A stretch of 64,000 nt of DNA from Eledone cirrhosa (lineage: Eukaryota), in NCBI GenBank assembly GCA_964016885.1, contig OZ024745.1, forward strand, positions 41,106,001 to 41,170,000. Direction: 5' to 3'. The notes under the pieces were generated by a model. It had not been told where the DNA came from, did not search any database, and saw only the letters and a list, made by a program, of their open reading frames with translations. Both the position numbers and the translations under genes were made by a program. Shown here piece after piece: positions 1 through 14,308 of the stretch; position 1 is the stretch's first letter, and the number at the start of each line of letters is the position of its first letter.

Positions 1-335
1 TGTGTATGTGTGTGTGTCTATATATATCAAATGAAACGGTTTGTAAAATTCGTAAAATTGGAGCGTTCTCAGCGCGATGTGTAGCCGTGAACAGCTGGAT
101 ACTCCATGTTTGAGTAACAATTCGTAGTTAAGGATAGAAATCAGCGGCTGGGGGAAATGGTTAAAATCTGACCTTGAAATATTACATACTGCTTTTGTTC
201 AGTAAATATACATAAACTAAATTCAAGCAAAAATGAAAGTGAATTCAACATATATATGCAATTATATGTGTTTTTGTGTTTGTTTCTGTGTATATATGTG
301 TGTATGCGTATGTGTGTGTGTATGTGTGTGTATGT

Positions 336-367
<32 letters not shown>

Positions 368-950
368 TGTGTATGTGTGCGTGTGTGTGTGTGTGTGTAT
401 GTGTGCGTGTATCTATGTGAGTGTACCTGTGCCTTTGTTTGTGTGTATCTAATTATTTAGTCTTTATTTTCACGCGATGCATGACTTGTTCAAGACACAC
501 CTATCGCCTCGCGAAAAACGAATCAATATTGCATGAGATTATGTGAGTAAAGATGTATGCTCGTTTGAATGTAAGAATTTGTGTTTGTAAAATTTAGATT
601 ATAAATGAAGCGAAAGAAAACTTAAATATCTTAAGGAAAATTTAACTATAGAGACAGACAATGGTGGAATGCAATCTGAACAATATGAATAACTACTAAA
701 ATAATGCTAACGACAACATCATTAACAACAACGAGTGCAATGACTACAACAATTATAGCAGCACGAAAACAAGAACGATAGCAATAATAACACTAGTAAT
801 AACAGCAGCACCAATATCTACAATAATAATAATGCCAATAGCGGCAACAGCAATAACTACCATATTAGCAACAGCGAGACATTACAAGAACAATTACAGC
901 AACGCAACAGCAATGAAAATAATGGTAATCCCATCAACAGTAATAATGGC

Positions 951-1126
951 TTCTACTTTTGGCACAAGGTCAGCAATTATCCCAGTGTATTAGTGGTACT
1001 TAATTTTATCGACCCCGTAAGGATGAAAGGCAAAGTTAAGCTCGGCGGGATTTCAACTCAGATCATAAAGGGGCGTAACTCTATGCTGCAAAACGTGGCG
1101 TCCAACCTTCTACCAATTCTGCCAAT
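951..1126 (-). mobile_element. tRNA-derived SINE
   Basis: Reverse complement of the recurrent ~190-bp unit with B-box-like GAGTTCAAATCCC and core AACTTTGCCTTTCATCCTTACGGGGTCGATAAAATAAAGTACC. Confidence 0.8.
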
Positions 1127-1796
1127 CTCCTGCCCTTTGCCAATCCCCCAATGGCCTCTGATTTTGGCACGAGTTCAGCAATTATTGGGGAGGGGAAGTC
1201 GATTAAGCCGACTCCAGTCCGTTACTGGTTCTTTAATTTATAGCGCCAGTAACAATATCAGTAATAATAACGCTAAAAGTAACAGCACTAACAACACCAA
1301 CATTAGCAACAACATTAACAATAACAGGAATTCCAGCAACAACAGTGACGAATAACAATACCAACAACAGTGGCATTAACTACAGCCATAAAAACCAAAA
1401 TGCAAAGGCAACAGTTTCAAACCCAACAATACGAATAACAGGAGGAATAGCAACAAGAGGAACACCAATAACACCAATAACAACAATATCACAAATTCAA
1501 AGTTCAAAAACAGAACAACTTAAATTTATAGAGAACTCGTTAGCAAAGAATTAATTACACTGGTAAAAGATTTGAAAATATCACGGGTGGAACAACTGTA
1601 GTAGCAACAACAGTATCAACGTCAGCATCGTTGTCGCTATCATTATTACTACCATCACCATCATCATCATCATCACCATCATCATCACCATCATCATTCT
1701 CATCCCTCTACCATCATTTTCCTCATCATTGTATTTCGTCCTCTCCCATCACCATTGTAGTATCAAAATCAAAAACAATTTCGCGGTATTATAGCG

Positions 1797-1983
1797 CTGG
1801 ATTGGCAGTATCGGTAGAAGGTCGGACGCCATGCTTTGACGCATAGAGTTACGGCCCTTACTATTCTGAGTTCAAATCCCGCCGAGGTTAACTTTGCCTT
1901 TCAACCTTACGGGGTCGATAAAATAAAGTACCTGTAATGCACTGGGTATTTGCTGGCCTTGTGCCAGAAAGTAGAAACAATTA
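1797..1983 (+). mobile_element. tRNA-derived SINE
   Basis: A-box-like TGGCAGTATCGGTAGA, B-box GAGTTCAAATCCC, conserved core (Nin/Deu-domain-like, inference), tail AGTAGAAACAATT. Confidence 0.85.
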
Positions 1984-2070
1984 TAACGTAAAACTTGTTC
2001 GGTATCAACAACAACATCAATCAACAACAACAAGAACACCAATAATAGTAATAATAATAATAATAATAAT

Positions 2071-2175
2071 AATTGTTTCTACTTTAGGCACAAGGCAAGC
2101 AATTACCCAGTGCATTACTGGTACATTATTTTATCGACCCCGTAAGGATGAAAGGCAAAGTCAACCTCGTTGGGA
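2071..2175 (-). mobile_element. Partial SINE, cut off at the Dong-like insertion
   Basis: 3' half of the SINE unit, ending at GGGATAATAAT. Confidence 0.75.
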
Positions 2176-2189
2176 TAATAATAATGTAA

Positions 2190-4148
2190 TGTGACAAGCA
2201 TTATGTCTGAGGAAATCTACCTTCACCTGCACACAAACAACTTGTTACCGGACGAACAGAAAGGATGCCGAAAGGATGCCGAAAGTCCCGTGGTACAAAG
2301 GACCAGTTACTTATTGATAAGATGGTAATGAGGAATTGCAAGAGGAGACACACTGGTCTTGCCATGGGATGGATAGACTACAAAAAGGCATTTGACATGG
2401 TGCCTCATTCTTGGATCACCAAAAGCCTAGAGATCTTCAGGGTGGCAGATAACATCAGACAGTTGTCGAGCAAAAGTATGAAGTCCTAGAAAACAGAGTT
2501 AACATCACCTGGAGAATCCTTGGGAGGCGTGAAGATCAAGAGAGGTATCTTCCAGGGAGATAGTCTGTCCCCTCTGTTGTTTGACCTTTCCCTGATGCCC
2601 CTGACCATTATACTGCGAAAAGTGAGAGCAGGATACAAGTTGGGAAAGGGAGAGCTTACCATCAATCACCTCCTCTTCGGGAAGAGTGAGGAGTTGGATG
2701 TGCTTGTTGACACTGTCCGTATTTTCAGCAATGATATATGTATGCAATTTGGTATTAGTAAGTGTGGAGTCCTTGTGATGAATAGGGGTAAATTGAGCAG
2801 AAGCAACGGAATCCAGCCTCCAACAGGTGAGATGATAAAGGAAATTGACACTGAAGAAGGATACAAGTATTTGGGTGTTCTGGAGGCTGATGACATCAAG
2901 AAAAAAAAAGGAAGGAATTGATAAAATCTGAATACATTCGGAGAGTAAGGAGCGTATTAAAATCAGATCTGAACAATAGGAATGCCTTAAGTGCAGTAAA
3001 TACTCGAGCTGTGTCTATTATTAGGTACAGTGCGGGAATTCTGAGATGGAATGTTGCTGAACAAAAAGAAATGGATATGAATACTAGGAAGCTATTGACT
3101 GTCTACAACATGTTCCACAGGAGGAGGCATGTCGATAGACTCTACTTAAGGAGATCTGAAGGTGGAAGAGGTCTTATCAGCATAGAGGATTGTGTTCAGA
3201 TGGAGAAAAACAACCTACACAAATACGTGACTGATAGTAGGGACCCAATGCTCAGAATTGTACCGAAGAAGAGGACAATAGACCAGGGTATGTCCAAGGA
3301 GGAAATAACAAAAGGAGAAATAGCAACCTTCATGAAAAATCCCTTCATAGTACCTTCTTTGAGAAAACGGAATTCAGAGATCCACAGACATGGAACTGGT
3401 TGAAAAGAAGAGACCTTAAAAAGGCTACAGAAGGAATGCTAATAGCTGCGCAAGAGCAGGCCCTCAAAATAAAGTGGCTGAAACACCATATTTACAAGGA
3501 GGAGGCTAGCCCACTGTTCAGGATCTGTGCAGAGAGTGAGGAAACTGTGGCTCACATTGTATCCGAGTGTAAACACCTAGCCCAGACTCACTATAAAAGC
3601 TGGAGACATGATGTGATGGGCAGGGTGATCCACTTGGACCTATGCAAAGTAAACAATTTACCACATTCTGAGAAGTGGTATGAACATAAGCCAGAATCGG
3701 TGATAGAAAAGGATCAGGTGAAGGTGCTGTGGGATTTTAGGATACAGACGGACAAGAAACTGGAACACAATAGACCTGACCTGGTGGTTTTGTCAAGAAA
3801 AAAAGATCGTGTATGATTGTGGATGTAGCCTGCCCATTCGACACGAGAGTGCAAGAATAGGAGAGGGAGAACATTAACCGATACCAGGACTTAAAGTGGG
3901 AGGTAAAAAGAATTTGGAACTGCCATGAAGTCATAGGCGCACTGGGTACTATCTCAAAGAGTTTCCAGGGATGGTTAAAGAAAATTGGCCCCGCCCTGCT
4001 TTTTGGAACACTTCAAAAGGCATGCTTGCTGGGAATGCAAGAACCCTCCGATACGTCCTGAATATCTGAGGCTGCAGGTAGTGGCTTGATATTCATTTCA
4101 ACAAACTTTCCAGTTAACCAACATCAATCACTGAGACTCAAAGAACAA
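2190..4148 (+). mobile_element. 5'-truncated, frameshifted R4/Dong-like non-LTR retrotransposon (RT + zinc knuckle + RLE)
   Basis: ORF pieces [72 protein letters not shown]. Flanked by (TAA)n on both sides, the known Dong target. Confidence 0.9.
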
Positions 4149-5009
4149 CAATAATAATAATAATAGTAATAATAATAGTAATAATGAATATCATCCTTGC
4201 TAGCAACAAAAAAGCATGGACGTAGATAATTACATGGAAGAAAATTAATTAAAAGCGTTGAAGTTTAAACAACAACAACATTTATAAGAAAACATCAATA
4301 ACAACAACAACAACAATAAAACTATTAGCTGAAACTTTGTTTTAAATGAAGAAACTGTCAGCATATTGTGTTAGACATTGATCTACAAGATGTATGTATC
4401 CAAAATGGCGGCCGAACGTGCTTGTTGATTTGTTTTACAGAGTTTTTTGTCCGTGGTAATGATAATGGTATAGAAACAGTTGAGGTGGGAGTGTAGGTAG
4501 AAGAGCTATGAATATTAACACAGATGTCGATCATTTCATGTTGATTTTTTTGTTCACTGAAATAATGGAATGTTAACTTATTGATGTATTGTTGTTATTT
4601 CGCTGTTAGTGCCAACCATTATATATATATATATGGGGTGACAGAGGGAAGGAGAGTGAGAGAGAGTATGGAATGGTGAGATACTAATTAGATGAATAGT
4701 TACCTAGATCAGTTTTATTTTAAGGAATCCAGATGGTATAAACTGGCATACACGAAACGAAACTTGATAAACCTTTCTATACAAATATATGAAGGGGGAT
4801 ACGACACTGCAAAACCGCATTAGAGGAAGTATAAGCGAGGCAACAGCCTTCCTAATTTCGTGTCATATTGATCTTCATTCGGATTTAGCATACATTGTTA
4901 CATGAAATCTGTGTCTAGAATAAAACAAACATATATTCCAGTTATGTAGAAAAAATATCAGACCTTAGGCCAAGAAAGAAATTATGTATTTGCTGGGATT
5001 CAATTTCTA

Positions 5010-5750
5010 ATCAGCTTTAAATCACGTCGCTTGGTCTTCCACACAGTTAGGCCGACGATCCATCCACTATTTGAAACACAACGTAAATGCTTCTTTCGAA
5101 ATGCCTCTCAGGTGTTCCGTCACAATTTAGAAGAAGGCCTCTCGGCACTCAAAGCAGGAAAACGTTAGTGTGGTTTTCCACTTGTGAGAACAGCCTTCTG
5201 TCCGGAAACTAGGGAGCTTTTAAAATGAACAAAATGACATTTTTAGCGAAGGAAATTTTGAGCAACGGCGAATAATAATCCAAAACATTTTTATGGTGTA
5301 GCTGCACATTGTGTGAGGTTGGCAGGTTTGTATTCTTGCACTAAATTGATGCAAACATATTCTTGAGGACATCCAATGTATGTGTTTCTCATCTGGGTAC
5401 ATATTCGTAATGCACATCGTTTTGGTAGTCACCTAAATATTCAGCAACTGCTTGATTTTGCTTCTCCTCTGACGTGTTTTGAGGGTCTTGGCGACGTTAG
5501 GCCCGTCCGCAAGGTTTGCGCTTTTATCTTTGTGTTACAGCCATCGATATTTCACCTCCAGGTATTCTGGAACTCAGAATCTTTGTTGTCAGTATCGAGA
5601 GAAGCGAAAACACAAGTAATTAATACAGTACCTCACACGCTGTGTGACTTACAGTAGTGACGCATCCCGTGAGCTGATCAAAAATCCGAAATGTTAATGG
5701 CTGCACATCTGACTCCTATACTCAATATGGGAAAATAAAGTTATTTACTT
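5010..5750 (-). mobile_element. Decayed mariner-type transposase remnant
   Basis: Minus-strand pieces DGCNTKIKAQT..SPRPSK (cf. YDPETK..S..SPRPKK), LHHKNV (cf. LHHDNA) and ISKEAFTLCFK*WMDR..CVE (mariner C-terminus). Confidence 0.6.
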
Positions 5751-5859
5751 TTTCGACAGATTTGTTTGCACTGTTTTTTGAGAACACGTCTTTTAATAGT
5801 TCCAACATATTTCTAACTTGTTCTCATTGTGGTTTCGTTTCAGGTAAATGATATATGAT

Positions 5860-6650
5860 ATCAGACTTAATCAACAAATGAAATGATACGCTGTTATCGT
5901 TGCTTTAAATGCAGATCATAGTGATTTAGAGATAGCTCGCTTCCTGAAGGTAGCACATTCGTTTGATGTCAAATCTTGCAAAGAGCTGGAAGGCGCTGAC
6001 TAGGATTCTACAACAGTAGGCAAACGTGAATCGCCTGCTAAGTGCCATATTACTATCAGACCACTCCAATGGGTACGGAATATGCAGATCATTATCGATG
6101 TGAGCCCTAGAAAACCTACGATCTCAAGATTTCAAGGCACACTGCCAGGACAAAAAGGTCAACAGAAAGAATGATACTTGGTTATGCAGAGACACTAAAG
6201 ATGTTTCTGCGTTCATGCACACAGGGTTTCCTGTATGGGTGATGGTACAGAGATTTATGAGCAGCGTGGAAGATGTTATACCTCCTCACATCTTTCCTTA
6301 TGGCTAAAGAATCAATGCTGTTGACTTGTGAAGGTTGTGAAATCTGGGATAGAGAGCTTGAGCAAAGGAAGACCGTACACCTACCAACACGAATCTGCAT
6401 CGTCTCTTGTGGCCAAGAGGACCCAATCCAATCTCCACAATCACCTTACCTCAAAGATATATCCTCCTAGCTCTCCAAATTCCTCTCTGTTGTACTCCTA
6501 CATATGGGGTGCTCTTGAGAGGTAAATGACTTAAAACCACACGACACTATAAAATCTCTGAAGTCCGCCATAACCTGCACAATGTGCAAAGTAGATAAAT
6601 ATCATCTGATGCGGGCATGTTAAAATTTCAGACCTTGTATTGAAGCACTA
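5860..6650 (+). mobile_element. Decayed Tc1/maT-like transposase remnant
   Basis: N-terminal HSDLEIARFLKVA (HTH-like); GRPYTYQHESAS (cf. FQQDSAP); YPPSSPNSSLLYSYIWGALER (cf. WPPSSPDLNPLDY.VWG.L). Confidence 0.8.
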
Positions 6651-6799
6651 CCCGACACAAAGGGCAGATTCCTTATGTAGATATCTCCAGAAAAGTCTGA
6701 AGACTATCAATGCCAATGATGTCTCCAATGACGCTCTCCTCTCATGAATTAAGCGGCTTTTATATATATATATATATAGTCGATCGTCTAGAAAAGAAA

Positions 6800-6831
<32 letters not shown>

Positions 6832-6878
6832 TTAGATAGATAAATATACACGGGTGTGTATGATTGTGTATAGAAGAT

Positions 6879-7192
6879 TATATTAATAAGAGGAATTCCA
6901 ACTTTGTCTGATTTACTCGTTTTATTTACAATCCTTTAAAATTTATAATGGTATTATAATGAAATAGTATGATCAAGTTTGCAATTTTCAACTGTCAGTT
7001 GAAAATTGCAAACTTGACTGTCACCACATATTATGAACCTGAAGATTGCGAAAGCATGAAAGTACTTGTTCAATTAACACTTAGAATTTAATATTCTATC
7101 ATACTATTTCATTATAATACCATTATAAATTTCTAAGGATTGTAAATAAAACGAGTGAATCAGACAAAGTTTGAATTCCTCTTATTAATATA
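6879..7192 (+). mobile_element. PLE-derived mini-element with 95-bp inverted arms, a nested 22-bp hairpin and a hammerhead
   Basis: 6879-6973 is the reverse complement of 7098-7192; perfect hairpin 6973-7017; hammerhead at 7035-7071; TA flanks. Confidence 0.8.
7035..7071 (+). ncRNA. Minimal hammerhead ribozyme
   Basis: GAAC-CTGAAGA-T-TGC(GAAA)GCA-T-GAAA-GTAC-TT-GTTC: stem I GAAC/GTTC, palindromic AAGTACTT stem III. Confidence 0.8.
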
Positions 7193-7472
7193 TATATTTA
7201 TATATACATATATATTATGGGTCGTCAAGGTATCAGCTTAACTCTACGACAGAACATATGACAACACTGGTGTGGTATTTTTCTTATTTCAGCCTCCCCT
7301 TACAGATCCTAGAATTCTGAAGATTTCTCGTAATTTGCCTGATGGAATGCATGTTCAGGCGCTAGGTGTATGTTACATAAATTAGAATCTGAATCTGGCA
7401 TGTAAACAGGCGCTATCATTTTCTAAAGTTATGCGATATCCTTATCATATACCTATATGTTTGGTCACTGCC

Positions 7473-7803
7473 GTGGATTAGCAGTATCGGCAGAGGGTCG
7501 GACGCCATGCTTTGACGCATAGAGTTACGGCCCTTGCCATTCTGAGTTCAAATCCCGCCGAGGTTAACTTTGCCTTTCATCCTTACGGGGTCGATAAAAT
7601 AAAGTACCAGTATTACACTGGGTAATTGCTGGCCTTGTGCCAAAAGTATAGACAATTATTACGTTACACGACCCTTTATGATCTGAGTTCAAACCCCGCC
7701 GAGGTTAACTTTGCCTTTCATCCTCACGGGGTCGATAAAATAAAGTACCAGTGATGCACTGGGATAATTGCTGGCCTTGTGCCAAAAGTCGAAAGAATTA
7801 TTA
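7473..7803 (+). mobile_element. SINE plus tandem 5'-truncated second copy
   Basis: Full unit 7473-7660; second unit from about 7670 starts just before the B box. Confidence 0.85.
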
Positions 7804-7851
7804 CGTTACATCTATACTCACACACACATATATTATATATATATATACACG

Positions 7852-7897
<46 letters not shown>

Positions 7898-7899
<2 letters not shown>

Positions 7900-7990
7900 T
7901 TAAAGGTTAAACAAGGTTCAATGAATAAATCAAAGAATGAGTTTTACAATAGATTGGAAGCACTCAACAGTAGGTTCTCATCAGATACAA
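7898..7990 (-). mobile_element. Internally deleted pLTR 3' end of the Naiad-like family
   Basis: Reverse complement reads TATCTGATGAG..TACTG joined to TTGAGTGCTT..AATCTATTGTAAAACT..TGAACCTTG.TTAAC, matching 18392-18590. Confidence 0.7.
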
Positions 7991-8112
7991 TAAGATGATG
8001 CATGACATACCGTGACTTAGTAGATGGTTAAGATCCAGTCATATATATATATATATGTGCGTGTGTATGCGTGTGTGTGTGTATATAGATATATATATAT
8101 ATATATATATAA

Positions 8113-8146
<34 letters not shown>

Positions 8147-10449
8147 ATATGTATATATATATATCGGAAGCGCGATACTCAACATGACGTCTAGTGATGT
8201 ATTCAGCTTACAAGATTTATGGTAAAACCCTTCAATATGTATTGAGGACCATTATTCCCTCTTCTTCACGCAAGAAGTAGTGTCATAAGATACATAAAAT
8301 GCATAAAATGCATAAAATAATTCACACATTCATATACGTATATGCATGTGTGTGTATTTGTGTGCGTTTATATATGCGTACGCGCGTCTGTGTGTATTGA
8401 ATGTACTCTTTTGAGATTATACTTTAAATCTATTGGAATATTATATGAAATGTTTCTTCACAAAATTCCATTATTCCAGAGTAAACATATATGAATATAA
8501 ATTATCAACATCTTTCTTAATATTCATTACTTTTTTGTCGTATGCGTTTGGTTTAGTATATTCATATAACCACCAAGTTTGCGGTATATTTATATTTATT
8601 TTGTTATAGACGTATATCTTTATAAAACATGCTTCTGAGCAAATATCCAAATGCGAAAGCAAATACAAAATTGGAATTACATACATAAAAAGGGGACGAG
8701 CTAGAACAGTGTATGTTCACATGTTACGTTAAGCACCACTCTATCAGCACATTAAATCTGAATCTGAAATATATTTGCATGCTGATTTCAAAGCTTTTGA
8801 TTTTTATTCTACTTTATTTTTCTCAGTATGCAAAAGCCTAGAGCTGATTGTGAACACAATTTTTAGATGATTATAGGTTTTTCTTTTCCTTTACGAGGAT
8901 CGTATAATGTGTCTGAATAATAAAGATGTTATGGAAGTAATAGTTAATAAAATGATATATAATATAAAAGGGCTGGCGGTAAAATCCTACACTGTTTTCA
9001 ACAAAGTCCTTTGCTGCCCTCTCACTTTATTTTGCCTGCACGTAATATGCTTTCAAAATGTATGTGTACCACTCAATTAAAAGAATGTAAACGTATATTT
9101 ATGTTCAATCATACAGCGGTTACGTTACTTGATAGAAATATCAGTCAAACTTTGCCATAGCATCTTTAAAAGAGAAGGTACTCGTAAGATAATGCATTTG
9201 TAGATACACTTTAAAAACTAAATGTACTCCGTTGACCATATGTTTTTTCGCTCATTTGACCTGGCTCTAAAATCAAACTAATATGCGAATATCTAAATTC
9301 AGAAATAAGGCTAATTTTTCATTAAAACAATTATGTGGTAAAAAAAAACATTTAATATATTAGCCTAGTCTGTAAACTGAGTGATGTTTAAGATTGATCT
9401 CACTTGACAAAAGTGTTACTATCACTGATTACATAACTCTAAATGTTTGAACACAACCGATTCTTTCGAGACAGATAGATGAAAAGATAGTCAGATAGAT
9501 AGACGGTGAGAGAAAGAGAGAGTATAGCGGAGAAGGAAAGGGTGAGAAAGAGAGAAAAAAGAAAATGAGAGAGAAGAATAGTCGGAAGTACGGTAGTGGT
9601 CCTTTATTAATGGAACCCGAAAAGATAAAGTTGAATTGGCCTGGGTGGGATTTCAACTTATGGCACAAACAGCTGAGAAGAATAGTACAAAACATTATAT
9701 TTGTTAATTCGCTGCAAATCTCATTAAGAGTAAATATTATGCCGGTCACATTGTAGGAATCACGGTAGGTATTCACAATTAACCATTAGTCACTGGTTAA
9801 TAATTCATTAGCAGGTTATTAGTTATTCAACCGGAAAAGAATAAACATATTCTGGTATAGTATTTTAATTATTTTATCATCTTTATTGTTTATTTATCCA
9901 AAATTATAGAAGTTCCCCGTTGTCTCTAATTACGTATTCATGGTTGAGTGGTTAAGTTCGCCTCACAACTATGCAGTTCAGAGTTCGATATCATGATATA
10001 CATTGTAGGACAAATGTATTTTTACTATAGACCCAGCTATAAGCTAGCATGTGGGGGTAATTTAGGTAAAAGAAACTAAGTGGAAGCCTGTTGGATGGAC
10101 TGTACCTAGAATCGAAAGGTCCAGGATTGTCATATGTTGTACTATGTTGAGTTTTCTTGAGAATTACTCTAAAGAATACTCAGCCGTTTAAACGCTCATG
10201 TTATGAGCCGGATGCTCATTTAAAAGAACAGTTGAACGCTCAATGGATGGATAATCCACTAAATTAACTGAAATCAGTCGTTTATGCAGGAAACATTTGT
10301 ACTCTTACTATACTGTGATTTAGAAGATACAACTTAAGAGATTTCCCAAAGTGATGTAGCCCCTCTGTAACTTGTTAATGTATTATAGAGCAGCTTACCC
10401 TATATGTGCTATTTAATCTATCACTTATTAATATAGACATAGAAAAATA

Positions 10450-10658
10450 ATAATTTCTACTTTAGGCACAAGGCCAGTAATTTGGAGGGAGGGGAAAGTC
10501 GATTAAATCGACCCAGTACGTTATTGGTGATTTATTTTATCGATCCCGTAAGACAAAGTTAACCTCGGCGGGATTTGAACTCATATCGTAAAGGGCCGTA
10601 ACTCTATGCTGCAAAGCGTGGTGTCTGACTCTCTACCGATACTGCCAATCCACCGCCC
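10450..10658 (-). mobile_element. tRNA-derived SINE
   Basis: Same unit, reverse complement. Confidence 0.8.
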
Positions 10659-10659
10659 T

Positions 10660-11055
10660 TTAGACATAGAGAAATAACGGGAGTAGGATATGGAGAGTTT
10701 GTTGCAGGTGGAATGGAAGAAGTTGGCGAAGTTCAGGATCGTTCTGGTTCCCATGGCTACCCCAGGGACATGCTGGTAGAACTCTCTGAAAAATACAAAA
10801 AACATTGAGTGTGAGAACGAATGTAGCAAGGTGAAAAAATGTAGAATGAAAATTCAAATAGTGTCGGACAGCGCAGAGACCGTCATGGTGAAGGTTAGTG
10901 ATGTAGAGAGATGTGATGTCTAGGGGGAAGAGAAGGCGAGAAAGGCCAGGGGAGAAGCAGAAATAGTTGAAAAGTCGAAAAGCATTATTAATGGATGTCG
11001 GAAACAAAGCGGTGAGAAGGGAATTGCGAGGTTATTTAAGTGGGACAGTTGCAAG
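10660..11055 (-). mobile_element. Penelope-like RT fragment
   Basis: [32 protein letters not shown] motifs across frameshifts. Confidence 0.8.
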
Positions 11056-11108
11056 CCTAAACGATTGGACGGCAAGCAAATATATATATATATACTTGCC
11101 GTCCAATC

Positions 11109-11268
<160 letters not shown>

Positions 11269-11564
11269 TCAGGTTATCAATAATGTAGTGATAATATATC
11301 GTTACGTTAGAGATGAACATATATATATAAGTATATCTATACAAGTTATAACCCTATGAATATAAGTTTGATATTCTTTATTATGACTGAGTGGTGGGTC
11401 TTGTTGCTCCGTAAGGCATCATATTTTTTATTGCTGATATGACTTGTCTTGTCTGAAGATCCTGAAGTACATAGCTAATACTGTAGACTCATAAGACGCA
11501 TCACTAAATTATAATTCAAAATATTATATATAGGTATGTATGTTTGCATATGTTTGTATATGTT

Positions 11565-11626
<62 letters not shown>

Positions 11627-11665
11627 AACATATACAAACATACATACCTATATATAATATTTGTT

Positions 11666-11708
<43 letters not shown>

Positions 11709-12164
11709 ATATATATATTTCGTTTCTGAATTTGTTTAGCAAGATTCTTTATCTGAAAACGTGTGTTGAAACCGATATTGTTAAACTTTGGGAGGGTCAT
11801 GTTGCCAATAAGAAACACACGCACCAGTTGCTTTCACTTCAATTTATTATAATAAATTGAAGGGAAGCAACTCGTGCGTGTGTTTCTTATTGGCAACATG
11901 ACCCTCCCAAAGTATAACAATATATATATATCAATTAGAAATAGATTGACATATATATATATAAAATAAACATATGGAACAATCACGGAATAATTTGTAA
12001 ATTATTTTACAAATTATTCCCTGTGATTGTTCCATATGTTTATTTTATATATAAATATATGTAAATCTATTTCTAGTTTATATGAAATGCTCGGATCTAT
12101 TCATTGAAATCTTTGAGCTTATTCTGCAGTGGATATGGCGCATGTCTCTCAGACATGACAACCC

Positions 12165-12255
<91 letters not shown>

Positions 12256-12912
12256 GTGTATAATGGAAGATGTTTTTTTAAGGTGTTTTGTGATAACACC
12301 CCAGTGAGAAAATTTGCTCCGAAAGAATTGCATGTGTCTGAAGGAACCTGCAGTCGTAGAATCAGCCAGATCCATACTGTGATCATGTCTCGAGCTACCT
12401 GCCGGCGAGACAATTGTAATATGCAATAAACTGAGTCCAGATGCATCACTGATATTTCGTTTGTTTATACTATATATATATACATATATATATATGTGTG
12501 TGTTTATATATATATGTATATATATATATAGCGGCGATGAATTAGTTTTGCGAGGTTTTTTATATGAAATCGTGTGTCGAAACAATGTTGCAGATGTGCA
12601 ACGAAAGATTTATGATAAACTATATATATGTGTTTGTGTCTATATTGTATCTGTATTATTTTTGACCGTCGGTCAGTCAATGGCAACATTGAGGACCGAG
12701 TAAGTTAGATTACCGATATAAAAGACAGCGAGAAGCGAAAACCAACCAAACAGTGTGTTCTGTTATTAATTCTGGCAATATTACACAAATATGACCCTCC
12801 CCAAGTATAACTATATATATATATATGTATATATATGTAATATATATATATATATTTATACACATACACACACTCACACACATCATATATATATATCACA
12901 CTCACACACACA

Positions 12913-12949
<37 letters not shown>

Positions 12950-13325
12950 CAAATTATTGAATAAATGCACGTAGAAATGTACAGTGATGTGTTAGTGTTG
13001 GTGTAACAGTGCATGCTTTGTAAGAAGGTGTTTGTGTCTTAGTGTGTGTGTGCGCGAGCGTGTGCTTGTGAGTATATGAACACAGTAAAATCCTTTGCAA
13101 TATATATTGTGTTACATGTAGAACCCCTGGGTCCTCAGTCACAAACAAATTAATATAACTTTGTGAGATGTGTGTTATTTAATCAATCACCATCACTCCC
13201 ACTGGTATTAAATACAACGCAGTGATATGTTATATTGAGTGCTGGAGGCCTCTGCTTCTATACGTACGAATACGAGTGTAATATATATATATATATATAT
13301 ATTTGTGTGCGCGTCTGTGTCTGTA

Positions 13326-13361
<36 letters not shown>

Positions 13362-13387
13362 TGTGTGTGTGTGTGAGTGCATGAGTG

Positions 13388-13441
<54 letters not shown>

Positions 13442-13627
13442 GAATATCTATGTTGGTATGTGTAGACATTACTCCGTCTAGTTTTCTTGTTACTGGTTTT
13501 CTATTTTTCTATTCGCTTTAGTTTTTTTCAATATCTTTTTGTGTTCTTTTTTGAGAATTGTTCTTTGGATGGGCTTCCTATATTTGTTATATTGTTCTCT
13601 TTGGTTTTGTACGTATGTTGTGATTGC

Positions 13628-13700
<73 letters not shown>

Positions 13701-13720
13701 TATGCGTGTGTGAGTGTGTG

Positions 13721-13760
<40 letters not shown>

Positions 13761-14191
13761 AGTGATTGTGAGTATGTGTGAATGTGTGTGTATGTGTCAG
13801 TATGAACGTGTGTGTATGTATGAGTGTGAGTGAGTGAGTGTGTGTATGAGTGTGAATGAGTGAGGGTGTGTGTATGCGTATGTATGTTTGCGTATGTGTG
13901 TATGCATGTGTGTGTTTGCGTGTGTGTGTGTTTCGTGTTTTGTATTTGCCTTCCGTTGTTTTAATTATTAATATAAGTGTTCAATTAGATTATTAGTTTC
14001 ATGAATATATTGAGATGAAATGGAATTGCTGTCATGTGATTTCGTCCAGTCAGTTTCCTTGTTGGTAATTTATTTTATATTTTCTTTCTTACTTACTTAC
14101 TTATGTTGTTGTTGTTGTTCAAGACTGCTTTCAATGTTTTTAGTCGTTTTTATTTTATTTCCATCACTATTTATTATTGTTTAAACATATA

Positions 14192-14308
<117 letters not shown>

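Noticed and set aside
1797-1885. tRNA gene
   Set aside because: A/B boxes are present but there is no cloverleaf; it is the SINE head.
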